DNA of 43,442 nt from Candidatus Sigynarchaeum calidifontis (GTDB lineage Archaea; Asgardarchaeota; Lokiarchaeia; Sigyniarchaeales; Sigyniarchaeaceae): assembly GCA_030587475.2 (NCBI GenBank), contig JAUQYZ020000087.1, positions 1 through 43,442 of the forward strand, written 5' to 3'. The notes beneath the pieces are model-generated. The model had not been told where the DNA came from and did no database searches. It was given only the letters and a program-made list of their open reading frames with translations. This document shows, piece after piece, positions 8,756-17,550 of this stretch. Position 1 is the stretch's first letter. Every line of letters begins with the position of its first letter. The translations under genes were made by a program, and so were the position numbers.

Positions 8756-9787
8756 ATGAAGGCAGCGGTTCTCGAAGCCGTGCGGAAGCTCGTCGTGAAA
8801 GATGTTCCCACGCCCAAGGCGACGGGCAACATGGCGCTCGTTCGGGTGAAAGCTTGCGGGATTTGCTTGACCGATTACAAGGCATATTCAGGCGACCGGA
8901 CGAACGTGACGTTCCCGACCATTTGTGGCCACGAGTTTGCCGGCATTATCGAGCAAGTGGGCGACAGCGTTCGGTTTTTCAAGCCTGGCGACGAGGTGAT
9001 CTGCGCGCCCGTGGCAAACTGCGGCATATGCCCTGAATGCCGAAAGGGTTTTGCTCAATATTGCAGATACGGGGCGGTCATCGGGGGTGACGGGATGAAA
9101 CACGTGCTCGATGGCGCCTTTGCCGAATACACGCTCGTCCCGGAAGTCGCGCTGTTCCACAAGCCGAAAAATGTCACGTTCGACGCGGCGGCGCTCACGG
9201 AGCCGCTGGCTGGCTCCTACAAGGGACTCATCGAGTACTCGCAGCTCAAGATCACGGAGGACCTCGTCATCATCGGCGCTGGTTCCATGGGCTTGCTCGC
9301 GGCCATGATCGCTCATCGTGCCGGGGCCAACACGATCATCATGGTCGACGTGAGTGATTGGCGCCTTGCATTTTCCAAGAATTGTGGAGCCACCCACACC
9401 ATCAATTCCACAAAGGTCGATGCGAAGAAAGCAGTCTACGACATCATCCCCGATGGCCCCGATGTCGTGTTCGAGGCCGCTGGGCCACTTTCTGCCGCAC
9501 AGCTAATGTTCGATCTTTGCCGGCGCGGCACCCGCGTCAATGAATTCGGTGTCACGACCGATGGTACCATCCAAATATCGCCAGCGAATATCCACTGGAT
9601 GGAAACGCGCATGGACGCGTCGTTCTCGGTTTATCCCCGCGCGATGCAGCAATCCATCAAGTTGCAAGAGAAAGGCTTCGTCGATGCTGGGAAGATCATC
9701 ACGCACCGGCTCGCTCTCGACAAGATCGAGGAAGGAATGGCGCTCATGAAGCAAGAGCATCGGGTCAAGGTCATCATCCAGCCGTGA
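8756..9787 (+). CDS. Zinc-dependent medium-chain alcohol/polyol dehydrogenase (MDR; sorbitol/threonine dehydrogenase-like)
   Basis: MKAAVL start, CGICLTD, GHEFAG, structural Zn motif CGICPECRKG..QYC, AALTEPLA and Rossmann GAGSMG. The real start is ATG 8756; the ORF-track extension overlaps the fucosidase gene. Confidence 0.92.
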   Translation: MKAAVLEAVRKLVVKDVPTPKATGNMALVRVKACGICLTDYKAYSGDRTNVTFPTICGHEFAGIIEQVGDSVRFFKPGDEVICAPVANCGICPECRKGFAQYCRYGAVIGGDGMKHVLDGAFAEYTLVPEVALFHKPKNVTFDAAALTEPLAGSYKGLIEYSQLKITEDLVIIGAGSMGLLAAMIAHRAGANTIIMVDVSDWRLAFSKNCGATHTINSTKVDAKKAVYDIIPDGPDVVFEAAGPLSAAQLMFDLCRRGTRVNEFGVTTDGTIQISPANIHWMETRMDASFSVYPRAMQQSIKLQEKGFVDAGKIITHRLALDKIEEGMALMKQEHRVKVIIQP

Positions 9788-9876
9788 TCGAGCGCTCCCG
9801 CTTCCATGAAGACCAACACGTGTCAACTGGCGATCAAGAAGATAACGAGAAAAAGTTAAGAAATATCGATTTTACC

Positions 9877-12015
9877 TTACTTGAAGGCCTTGGCCTCGAT
9901 GTCTTTCAAGGAGTACTCGTCGCCCTCGCCGTGGATCGAGTACTTGATCTCGATCTCCTCGTTGGCGGCGACCTCCTTGAACGTCCACGTGAGCATCGTG
10001 CCGTCTTTCTGGCCGGCTTGCTCGGGCTCGATGTCCTTGACCTTCGATGCGCTGGTGACCGAGAAACCCTTTGGCACGAAGTCGGCAATCTTGACATCGG
10101 TCTTCGGCGAGTCGCCCTTGTTCTTGTAGATCAGGACGATGTCGTAATCGCCCTTGCTCTTCCCTGGGGCGATGGCCTTCCCGACGTGCGTGCGGCGGCG
10201 CTCGTGCGCGACCGTGATCGGGTCCGGCGTGAACGACCATTCGATGACACCCGATGGCTTGACGAACCCCTGGAAGAGGATGGGCGCCGTGTACTGCGTG
10301 TCCCGGGGCGGCTTGTACGCGACGAGCGGGTACGTGATCTTGATCTCGGTCTCGTCGTCGAGCTCGCCGATGTTTTCGAGCACGTCCTTGATGTCGATGA
10401 GCATCTTGCGTTCCACGCTCAAGTCGTCTCCCGCGGGTTCGAACTTGAATTCGAAATCGTCGGCAGGGATCTCCTTGTCCTCGATCATGATCTTCATGTT
10501 CTCCTTCAAGGGATTCTTGAAGTTGGCCGGGATGCGATCCTCGATGTGGATCTTGTCGATGGGCGCCTTGCCTTGCGTTTTCACCTCGACGAGAGCATCG
10601 ATCGTGCTTTCCCGGTACGACGCGATGCGGCTCTTCGAGAAGGTCTTCTTTCCTTCCAGCGCCAGGATGCGCAGCTCGATGGGCGCGATGGTCTGGCTCA
10701 TCGAGAGCTTGTACTCCGTGTCCGCGATGACCGAATAGACGATGTTCTCGCTGAACGTGGGCTCATCCTCGCTCTTGAGATCCCACGGTTTTGCCTTCCA
10801 CGTTTCACCGGGCGGGATGATCACGTCCGTGAGGATCTCGTCGATGACCTTGGTTTCCGTGTTCTCGTCGCCGAAGACGAAGTTGTACCGTTCCAGTTTC
10901 ATTGGAAACTCGGAGCGGTTGCGGAATTCGAACGTGCAGTCCCAGACATCTGGCTCCTCGTCGCGCTCGTCCCTGTCGACGAAGTGGATCTGGTCGGACC
11001 AGCCATCCACGAAGGTCGTCTTGAGACCACTATACGTGCCCGCGGCAACGAAGTATTTTGCCTTGATCTCGCCGCTCTTGAACGCTTTCTTCTCGTTCGT
11101 GCGCACCTTGATCTTGAGCTCCATGGACGCCTTCTTTCCGCCATCGAGCTCCTCGATCTTCCACACGACCTCGTCGCCGTCCCGCTTGGCCCTGCCGTCG
11201 CTCGTTTTCACGACATCCACGTCGTTGAAGTCGGGTGGTATCGCCTTGCGGATCTCGATCTCGCTGAGCTTTGCCTCGCCCGTGTTCTCGGCGGTGATCA
11301 CGATCTGGGCAACCTGGCCGCGCGAGTCCTTGTCATACACGAAGACCTGGCTTTTCTGCGCCGTCTCGGGGAACGTGTCGATCTCCTCGACGATCTTGAG
11401 CAATGGCGTGTCGTCCTTCCCGATCTTGATCTTGTATTCCTGTTTCCATTCCTCGCCGGGATCCAACTCGGGGATGTGGACCTCCTTGGGCAGGTCAGCC
11501 TTCTCGCCGCCCTCGAACGTGAGGTCGATGTCCCAGATCCGGTTCTTGCTGCCGCCGTTCACGACGGAAACCGTGCCGCTCACCGAGGATCCCGTGATTT
11601 TACCGTCGTACTCGGTCTGGAAATCGAGTGCCTCGACGATCGAGACCTTGTACTTGCTCTTCCCCTCCTCGCCGCGACGTTCGCGGGTCCTGGTCGAAGC
11701 GCTTTCATATTCATCACGCCTTGCGGACACTGCGGCTGCAGCAGTTCCTTCAACCGCTTTCACGCCTTCTACGTCCGCTACTTTACTAAAGAAGACCTGG
11801 AGGACTTGGTGGGTGGACGGGTCTATGCTCACGTCCCGGCCCTTGCTTTTTTCAAGGGCCTCCTTGAATGCATTGTTACTTTTTTTATCGAGCGTGGCGA
11901 CGATATCCTTGTAACTTTTCTCGACGCCCTTCATGTTCGTGTTACCCGACACGTTGAGCGCCGTATCCTTCAACTCGACGTCGCCAAAAGATAGCTTCCA
12001 TTTCTTCGATGCCAT
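9877..12015 (-). CDS. Cytoplasmic beta-sandwich protein with a mu-homology-domain (adaptor/COPI medium subunit)-like core plus DUF11/Ig-like repeats, paralogue 1
   Basis: No signal peptide or TM. Segments resemble mu-adaptin C-domain motifs: VSIVEALDFQTEYDGKITGSSVSGTVSV; IEIRKAIPPDF..SDGRAKRDGDEVVWKIEELDGGKKASMELKI; EIKAKYFVAAGTYSGLK. Full-length similarity to 18516..20642. The CDS is certain; the MHD call is by eye. Confidence 0.6.
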   Translation of the reverse strand: MASKKWKLSFGDVELKDTALNVSGNTNMKGVEKSYKDIVATLDKKSNNAFKEALEKSKGRDVSIDPSTHQVLQVFFSKVADVEGVKAVEGTAAAAVSARRDEYESASTRTRERRGEEGKSKYKVSIVEALDFQTEYDGKITGSSVSGTVSVVNGGSKNRIWDIDLTFEGGEKADLPKEVHIPELDPGEEWKQEYKIKIGKDDTPLLKIVEEIDTFPETAQKSQVFVYDKDSRGQVAQIVITAENTGEAKLSEIEIRKAIPPDFNDVDVVKTSDGRAKRDGDEVVWKIEELDGGKKASMELKIKVRTNEKKAFKSGEIKAKYFVAAGTYSGLKTTFVDGWSDQIHFVDRDERDEEPDVWDCTFEFRNRSEFPMKLERYNFVFGDENTETKVIDEILTDVIIPPGETWKAKPWDLKSEDEPTFSENIVYSVIADTEYKLSMSQTIAPIELRILALEGKKTFSKSRIASYRESTIDALVEVKTQGKAPIDKIHIEDRIPANFKNPLKENMKIMIEDKEIPADDFEFKFEPAGDDLSVERKMLIDIKDVLENIGELDDETEIKITYPLVAYKPPRDTQYTAPILFQGFVKPSGVIEWSFTPDPITVAHERRRTHVGKAIAPGKSKGDYDIVLIYKNKGDSPKTDVKIADFVPKGFSVTSASKVKDIEPEQAGQKDGTMLTWTFKEVAANEEIEIKYSIHGEGDEYSLKDIEAKAFK

Positions 12016-12501
12016 AGGAGTAATCACAACCAGTTACACTGTTCAGTATAGAACGATCACTGGACGATCAACTTGCACTAATCATCCTTAAAAAAGTGTC
12101 GATAGGTGGGGATAGGTGGTCACGAGTGCCCTTTGTTCAACTGGCCTTGTAACGGGGCAATATTAGAAGCCTTTGTGGAATAGCCTACTAAAACGTGGCT
12201 CATCGCCCGATCTGGCACCTCGAAGTCGACGTTCCCGTCGAATACAAGGACTCAATTGGCAAGGAAACGATTAGCACGTGGATGGAAAAATTGACGGTGC
12301 CGATATTTCGAAATACACACGAATTGAATGGTGGTAAAAGTGAAAGTGTCGAACGTGTCGATGGGTGTAGATAGGTAGGCCCGAGGGCATATTCTTCTAC
12401 CGGCCCCGCAGCATAATAATATTACAAGTCTTCGAGGGGTACCTACAAAAACGCGCATATTCCTTTTTATCTCCCGAATAAAAGGTTGATGCCGATACCC
12501 G

Positions 12502-13887
12502 ATGGTCAAGAAACCAACGCTAACCCCGGCCGCTGTCAACGTGTTCAAGGCGCGCTTCGGTGACAAGAAAATCTTCTCCCAGGCCTTGATGCCAGTCCGC
12601 GGGGACAAGGGGTTCAGGAAACTGGACTATGATTTTGCAAAGACCTTGGATGCAGACGCCATCATCAAGAAATGCCGCGACAACGGCTTCAACGCGTTCG
12701 GGCTCGTCGTGAAAGACACCGACGGCGCGACGCTGGCAAATACCAAGCTCGGCTGGAACCCGACCGGCGTGGATTCGGCAAGGCTGTTCGAGGAGGCATG
12801 CCAGCGCTACAAGATGTTTTACATTCTATCGGTGACGAACATGAACGACGCGTACCGTGGTGCCGTCCATCCCGAGAGCGTTTCCGTTCACATCAAGAGC
12901 GGGAAGCCGAGCACGCACAAGGAAGGCGAGATGCGGGTCGACATTCCGCCCGGCAAGGACCTGGACGCGATGCGAAAACTCATCCCGTTCCTCACGTCGG
13001 AAAAGGAAGAGACAGCAGGAAAATCGCGAGGCGCCAGGGGCGTCGGGTACATCCCGATGACATCGTTTCACTGCCCGCGCAGCGACCACATCGATTACAT
13101 GATATCGATCGTGAAGGACCTGGTGAAAAACTATCACGTCGATGGTATATTCGCGGATTACATCCGGTACGATGGCGCGTATACCGATCTGTGCGGGTGC
13201 CATCGCTGCAAGGAAGGCTTTGCCGAAAAATACCCGGGCAAGAAGATGGGACGCGGGAAAGAGTGGTACGACTTCAAGGAGGACAACATCGCGGAGTACG
13301 GGCGAAAGTTCAATGCTGCGATCAAGGAGGTGGATCCGAACGTCGTCACGGGCTGGTTCAACCTCCCGGGGCCGAAGCTGTTCACCAGGAATCGCATCGC
13401 CCAGAACTACACGAAGCTCGGGGCGGCGCTCGATGTTCCCGTTCCCATGGTCTATCCCTATCTCATGGGCACCGCCGATGACGGCCGCAAGTGGCGCCTC
13501 CTCGCCGACATCGCGCACTGGTTTAGCCAGCTCACCATGAGCATGCGGTTCCACGAGTATGGGGCGGACAAGCCCGTGCTCGTGATCACGAACTCGGCAG
13601 AGTGCAATGCGGAAGAGCTCTTGATGCAGTGCAACACGTACGATTACGGCCTGGGCATCGCCGTCTTCTTGTACCACGGCACGACGGAGCAGCAATGGGC
13701 CGCTTGCAAGCTCTATGGCGACTTGCTCGCCAAGCAAAAAGCCGGTGATCCGGCACCCAGTGACGAGCAAATACGCCAGATCTTGATGCAAGTTTATGAA
13801 ACGCACCCGCCAAAGGATCCTCGCTTTTTAAAATGGAAGCCGTTGAAATCAGATGCGGTCAATTCTGTCAAGAAGCAAGAACGATGA
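12502..13887 (+). CDS. Putative glycoside hydrolase, GHL6/GHL10-like TIM barrel
   Basis: FNAFGLVVKDTDG, YHVDGIFADYIRYDG, CGCHRCKEGF, WYDFKEDNI and PMVYPY, which are typical of GHL6/GHL10-type hypothetical hydrolases. Confidence 0.6.
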   Translation: MVKKPTLTPAAVNVFKARFGDKKIFSQALMPVRGDKGFRKLDYDFAKTLDADAIIKKCRDNGFNAFGLVVKDTDGATLANTKLGWNPTGVDSARLFEEACQRYKMFYILSVTNMNDAYRGAVHPESVSVHIKSGKPSTHKEGEMRVDIPPGKDLDAMRKLIPFLTSEKEETAGKSRGARGVGYIPMTSFHCPRSDHIDYMISIVKDLVKNYHVDGIFADYIRYDGAYTDLCGCHRCKEGFAEKYPGKKMGRGKEWYDFKEDNIAEYGRKFNAAIKEVDPNVVTGWFNLPGPKLFTRNRIAQNYTKLGAALDVPVPMVYPYLMGTADDGRKWRLLADIAHWFSQLTMSMRFHEYGADKPVLVITNSAECNAEELLMQCNTYDYGLGIAVFLYHGTTEQQWAACKLYGDLLAKQKAGDPAPSDEQIRQILMQVYETHPPKDPRFLKWKPLKSDAVNSVKKQER

Positions 13888-13910
13888 CATAGTTCCACCC
13901 TTTTTCTATT

Positions 13911-14564
13911 TCACGATATCAAGGTCGAGACATCGAAAGCCTGGTCATTTCCCTGGAATTCAATCTTGATCCGGTCATCAAGCAAGATGGTTTTTCCCTC
14001 GATCTCGGGAAAATCGAAGATCTTGAAGAAATGCACGAAATAATACCTGATAAATTTCGTGAACCGCAAGCCGAGCTCGTGTGTCCCTCGAATTGAGACG
14101 ATCAAGTCGTTCCACGAGAAATGGATTCGCTTGAACCAGCCTTGTCCTGTTGAACCGAGGATGCTCTCCGTGATGTAGGTCAGCAAGCCGGTAATGATCG
14201 TCATTTTGCTCTTCAAGTATTTTTGCACGATCGAGCTTGTAATGTTCTTGTTCAAGTAATCCTTGAGGATCGCGCGCCCGTTCTTTAACGAAAGGAGGGC
14301 AAATTCCTCGATATCAAAGTCGTCCATGAACTCGAGAGCATATCGCATCATCTCCGGATCCACGAGAAAAGTTTGATTTTTTCGGAGCATCACTGAAAAA
14401 CTCATTGCATCGGAAATAGCTTTCCGGACGTAATCACTTTTTTTCATACGTTCCTTCTTTGCGATTTCCTCGAGCTCTTTTAAGAGTTCCTTGCCGATAC
14501 GTATCGACAAGATTTCTTCCTTGACATTCTTGTCTTTCGAGGGGATCTCGTTTTGGCGTGTCAT
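13911..14564 (-). CDS. Ribbon-helix-helix (CopG/Arc/MetJ) transcriptional regulator with a C-terminal putative ligand-binding domain
   Basis: ILSIRIGKELLKELEEIAKKERMKKSDYVRKAI has the beta-alpha-alpha RHH pattern. About 160 aa of C-terminal alpha/beta domain follows. Confidence 0.75.
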   Translation of the reverse strand: MTRQNEIPSKDKNVKEEILSIRIGKELLKELEEIAKKERMKKSDYVRKAISDAMSFSVMLRKNQTFLVDPEMMRYALEFMDDFDIEEFALLSLKNGRAILKDYLNKNITSSIVQKYLKSKMTIITGLLTYITESILGSTGQGWFKRIHFSWNDLIVSIRGTHELGLRFTKFIRYYFVHFFKIFDFPEIEGKTILLDDRIKIEFQGNDQAFDVSTLIS

Positions 14565-14669
14565 ACGATCTCAACGATTATATATATAAAATGTAAACAT
14601 CATGTCAGAATTTAAATAGATTTGTTGACAAGCCAACCAACTTGTCATACGCACGAGGTAATTGTCATG
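14559..14669. promoter_or_regulatory. Divergent promoter with an AT-rich TATA element and repeated TGTCA/TGACA sites (candidate RHH operator)
   Basis: TATATATATAAAA at about 14579-14591. Perfect inverted repeat TGACAAG-N8-CTTGTCA at 14626-14647. TGTCATACG occurs twice (14559, 14643), with further TGTCA at 14603 and 14663. Confidence 0.55.
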
Positions 14670-16361
14670 AAACGGTTCGCAACGCTCGATATCTTGCGAG
14701 GAGCTTCCATCCTCGGAATGATATTTTTGCACCTGGTGGACGATCTATATGATAAAAGCTGGATCCCGGACGGGATGGCCAGTCATAGCATGTTCGATAT
14801 CGTCTTGTTGATAACTGCCTTGTTCTTCGGATCCTGGGCGGGATTGTTCTTGCTCGTATCCGCGACCAGCAACATGGTCTCCATGCAAGGTAACTTGGAA
14901 AAAGGGATGCCCGTTAGGTCCGTGGTCATCAAGCAAGTCGTCGGCGGCCTTGTCTTGCTCCTCTTCGCATTCTTGGCGGAAGGCACGCTGCAATACTATG
15001 CGCTGTTCCAGACCATTCGCGATCCCCCGTTCGACGTGACCCGCATGATCTGGAAGGGATACACGATGGAGACCATCCACACCATTGCCTATTGCATGAT
15101 CCTCAACGGGATAGTGCAAGGTATATTATCAATGAATAGTGGCCACTTGAAGTCGAAAAGAAACATGATCGTGTACGCGATTCTAGCGATCGCCGTCGTG
15201 GCCTTGACACAACCGGTCTGGAACTTTTGCAAGGACGTGGCGCTGGCCAACGGCTGGAGCACGCTCGCGGAACCATACCCGTTTGGCGAGCTCCATGGCC
15301 GCATCGTCCAGAGCCCGGGCGCCAATGCGGGGCTTCTCGAGTACGTCGGCAAGTTTCTCTTGCTGCCGCTCGGCGGCCAGCCCGAGCCGGTATTTCCCTT
15401 CCTGGCAGTCTCGTTCGTGGGGAGCATTATCGGCATTGCCATTACTAGAAAAGACGTTTCACGTGATTGGCCAAAGCAAGGGAACTTTATTGGTTTTCTG
15501 GTCATCGTGGCCGGCGCTGTCATTTTCGTGATCGGAGGGATAGCAGGTTCTTGGGATCTCGAAGACGATCTCACGAATGTCCTCCTCCCGTTGAGTAAAT
15601 TCTCCATGTTCTCAGCCATATACGGCGGATTGAATTATGGCTGGTTGCCATGGATATGTTTCATCACGGGCGGGCAGATCTGCATGACCTGCATTTGCTT
15701 CCGCCTCATCGAACACCGTGGGAATTCGAAGGTGGTTGCCGAAAAATCGAAGTTTATCCGCAAGTTCGGGATGATCCCGTTCACGTTCTATACATTCCAC
15801 AGGATCATCGCAATGGCGCCCCTTCTCTTGTTATCCGTAATATTCGGGGTGGACATGACGATCGACGTGCACAATCTTAACGGCTGGGTCGCACTCGGGG
15901 CCATCGCCGTGTGCTTGCTTTTCATGTACGGCCTGGCGCTGTTGTGGGAAAGGGTGGATTACATCGGGAGCCTTGAATGGATGACCGGCACGATTGGTGC
16001 GTACCTGTTGGGCACCTCGAGAAAATCGGAGAAGCGGGTGCCATGGTACCGGTGGGGCGCCCGTGACCAGCAAGCCTTGTTCTACAACGTGGATTGGGTC
16101 ACGCTGTTCGAAAAGGGAGACAATGGCGGTATCGAGTACCGGGACTCCAAGCTGGCAATGAAAATGGCGATCGGGGGGCTGTTCATCCCGATAGGAACGA
16201 TGATATCGTTTTCGTTATACAAGACTGCGGAAAAAATCGAAGGTAGGAACAAATATAGCCAGAGGGCACGCGTGATCACCATCATCGCGGCCATCATCAA
16301 CGTGGCGGTGATCACGACGCTAATAGTATTGCCATTCGGGATCCTCGGTATTTCTTTTTAA
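14667..16361 (+). CDS. Polytopic membrane acyltransferase-like protein (HGSNAT catalytic/DUF1624-like, DUF418-like C-terminus)
   Basis: N-terminal RFATLDILRGASILGMIFLH motif, ETIHTIA, PVFPFLA, G..PFTFYTFH and GSLEW, with more than 10 TM helices. ATG at 14667 follows GAGGT. Confidence 0.65.
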   Translation: MKRFATLDILRGASILGMIFLHLVDDLYDKSWIPDGMASHSMFDIVLLITALFFGSWAGLFLLVSATSNMVSMQGNLEKGMPVRSVVIKQVVGGLVLLLFAFLAEGTLQYYALFQTIRDPPFDVTRMIWKGYTMETIHTIAYCMILNGIVQGILSMNSGHLKSKRNMIVYAILAIAVVALTQPVWNFCKDVALANGWSTLAEPYPFGELHGRIVQSPGANAGLLEYVGKFLLLPLGGQPEPVFPFLAVSFVGSIIGIAITRKDVSRDWPKQGNFIGFLVIVAGAVIFVIGGIAGSWDLEDDLTNVLLPLSKFSMFSAIYGGLNYGWLPWICFITGGQICMTCICFRLIEHRGNSKVVAEKSKFIRKFGMIPFTFYTFHRIIAMAPLLLLSVIFGVDMTIDVHNLNGWVALGAIAVCLLFMYGLALLWERVDYIGSLEWMTGTIGAYLLGTSRKSEKRVPWYRWGARDQQALFYNVDWVTLFEKGDNGGIEYRDSKLAMKMAIGGLFIPIGTMISFSLYKTAEKIEGRNKYSQRARVITIIAAIINVAVITTLIVLPFGILGISF

Positions 16362-16391
16362 TTACTTCCCTATTTTTCAACCTCGATGGGT

Positions 16392-17435
16392 TTATTTCTT
16401 GCGCACGTGCTCTATAATCTTGATGCCAAGTTCCTTGAAAGCCTCGTCGACGTTCTCGCCGGTCAAGGCCGACGTGAGCACGACCGGCATCCCGAGGGCT
16501 TTCGACAGCTCCGCGATTTCATGGTCGGTCACTCGCCGCTGGTCGGCCAAGTCGTGCTTGTTGCCGAGGATCAAGCCTGGCGTCTCGCCGATCAGCGACT
16601 TGATGTCGTTCGACCACGCGTAGACGCTTTTCAAGGTCTCTGGTTGCGTGAGGTCGAACACGAGCACGTGGCCGGATGCACCGCTGTAGAAACTCTTGCG
16701 AAACCGCTGGAACTTGGCCTGGCCAGCGAGATCCCAAAGCTGGAAGGAGAGATAGCAATTGGGGAGCTCGATGGTCTTGTCCGTGATGTTGGTGCCGAGA
16801 GTTGGCATGTACGTGCGCTTGAAGGCCTTGTCGGTGAACCTGAGCACCAGGGAGGTCTTCCCGACGGCGGGATCGCCGCAGATGATGCACTTGAACTTGA
16901 GGGTTTCTTTTACTTGAGATTGCGGCTGCTCCTCGTCGGCCGCGGGGAACGCAGTCGCCCCCCGGGGCGCCATCTCTTGCGCTCGGAACGACTCCACGAG
17001 GTCGACGGATTCCTTGAACATGGAAGCGACCAGTTCTCGAATCTTTTGCCAGTTGACCTTTTCCTCCTCTCCTTGAACGATCAGCTTCGAATATTTATCA
17101 AAAAGATGTTGGAAATCGTGGATGTACTTGTAAAAAATGATGTCGTTCTCCTCATCAAATACGAGGCACAAGGTTATGTCGCACGCGCGGCCCCGGCGCG
17201 TGGCATCGTGGTAACTGCCGAACTTGACATACGCCTTGAGAGACAGCCCGGGAATCGGGATGATGGCCAGCGCGTCGGGAATCTGATCCCGGCCGAATGA
17301 CAAGCCCATGGATTCCGAGGCCACTCGGTTCCGGGTCTCCTCCGAGATGGAATCTGGAAAACAATAGCTGGGCTTCGGCCCGAGCTTTTCGTCGAATTTC
17401 GAGTACACGATCCCGAGCACTGGAGTCTTTTCCAT
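16392..17435 (-). CDS. Longin/uDENN-like domain fused to a Rab-like small GTPase
   Basis: G1 GDPAVGKTS, G2 YMPTLG, G3 WDLAGQ, G4 GNKHD, G5 TSAL, and Rab-like F..FRKSFYSGA. The N-terminal VLGIVYSKFDEKLGPKP resembles the uDENN/NPRL2 longin start. Start set at ATG 17435 (ORF track gives 17537). Confidence 0.85.
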   Translation of the reverse strand: MEKTPVLGIVYSKFDEKLGPKPSYCFPDSISEETRNRVASESMGLSFGRDQIPDALAIIPIPGLSLKAYVKFGSYHDATRRGRACDITLCLVFDEENDIIFYKYIHDFQHLFDKYSKLIVQGEEEKVNWQKIRELVASMFKESVDLVESFRAQEMAPRGATAFPAADEEQPQSQVKETLKFKCIICGDPAVGKTSLVLRFTDKAFKRTYMPTLGTNITDKTIELPNCYLSFQLWDLAGQAKFQRFRKSFYSGASGHVLVFDLTQPETLKSVYAWSNDIKSLIGETPGLILGNKHDLADQRRVTDHEIAELSKALGMPVVLTSALTGENVDEAFKELGIKIIEHVRKK

Positions 17436-17550
17436 GGTCGCTCGTTCCACCAGCTTGATTTCTTCCTCGATAAATGCAAGCACCAGCGCGTTAAAAACCT
17501 TGCCCAGTTCACGATGATTCAATAGGCCAGCCATCATTCGTCTTTACAAG

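Noticed and set aside
9784-11994. 736-aa plus-strand ORF antisense to MHD-like paralogue 1
   Set aside because: It is a codon-register shadow of a strongly biased gene (L/V/D/R-rich, no motifs). The minus-strand protein has a clear paralogue, and the antisense frame of that paralogue is broken.
12672-13806. Several 130-330-aa alternative-frame ORFs over the GHL-like gene (similar ones occur over other GC-rich genes)
   Set aside because: Arg/Gly-rich shadow ORFs expected at high GC3, with no motifs.
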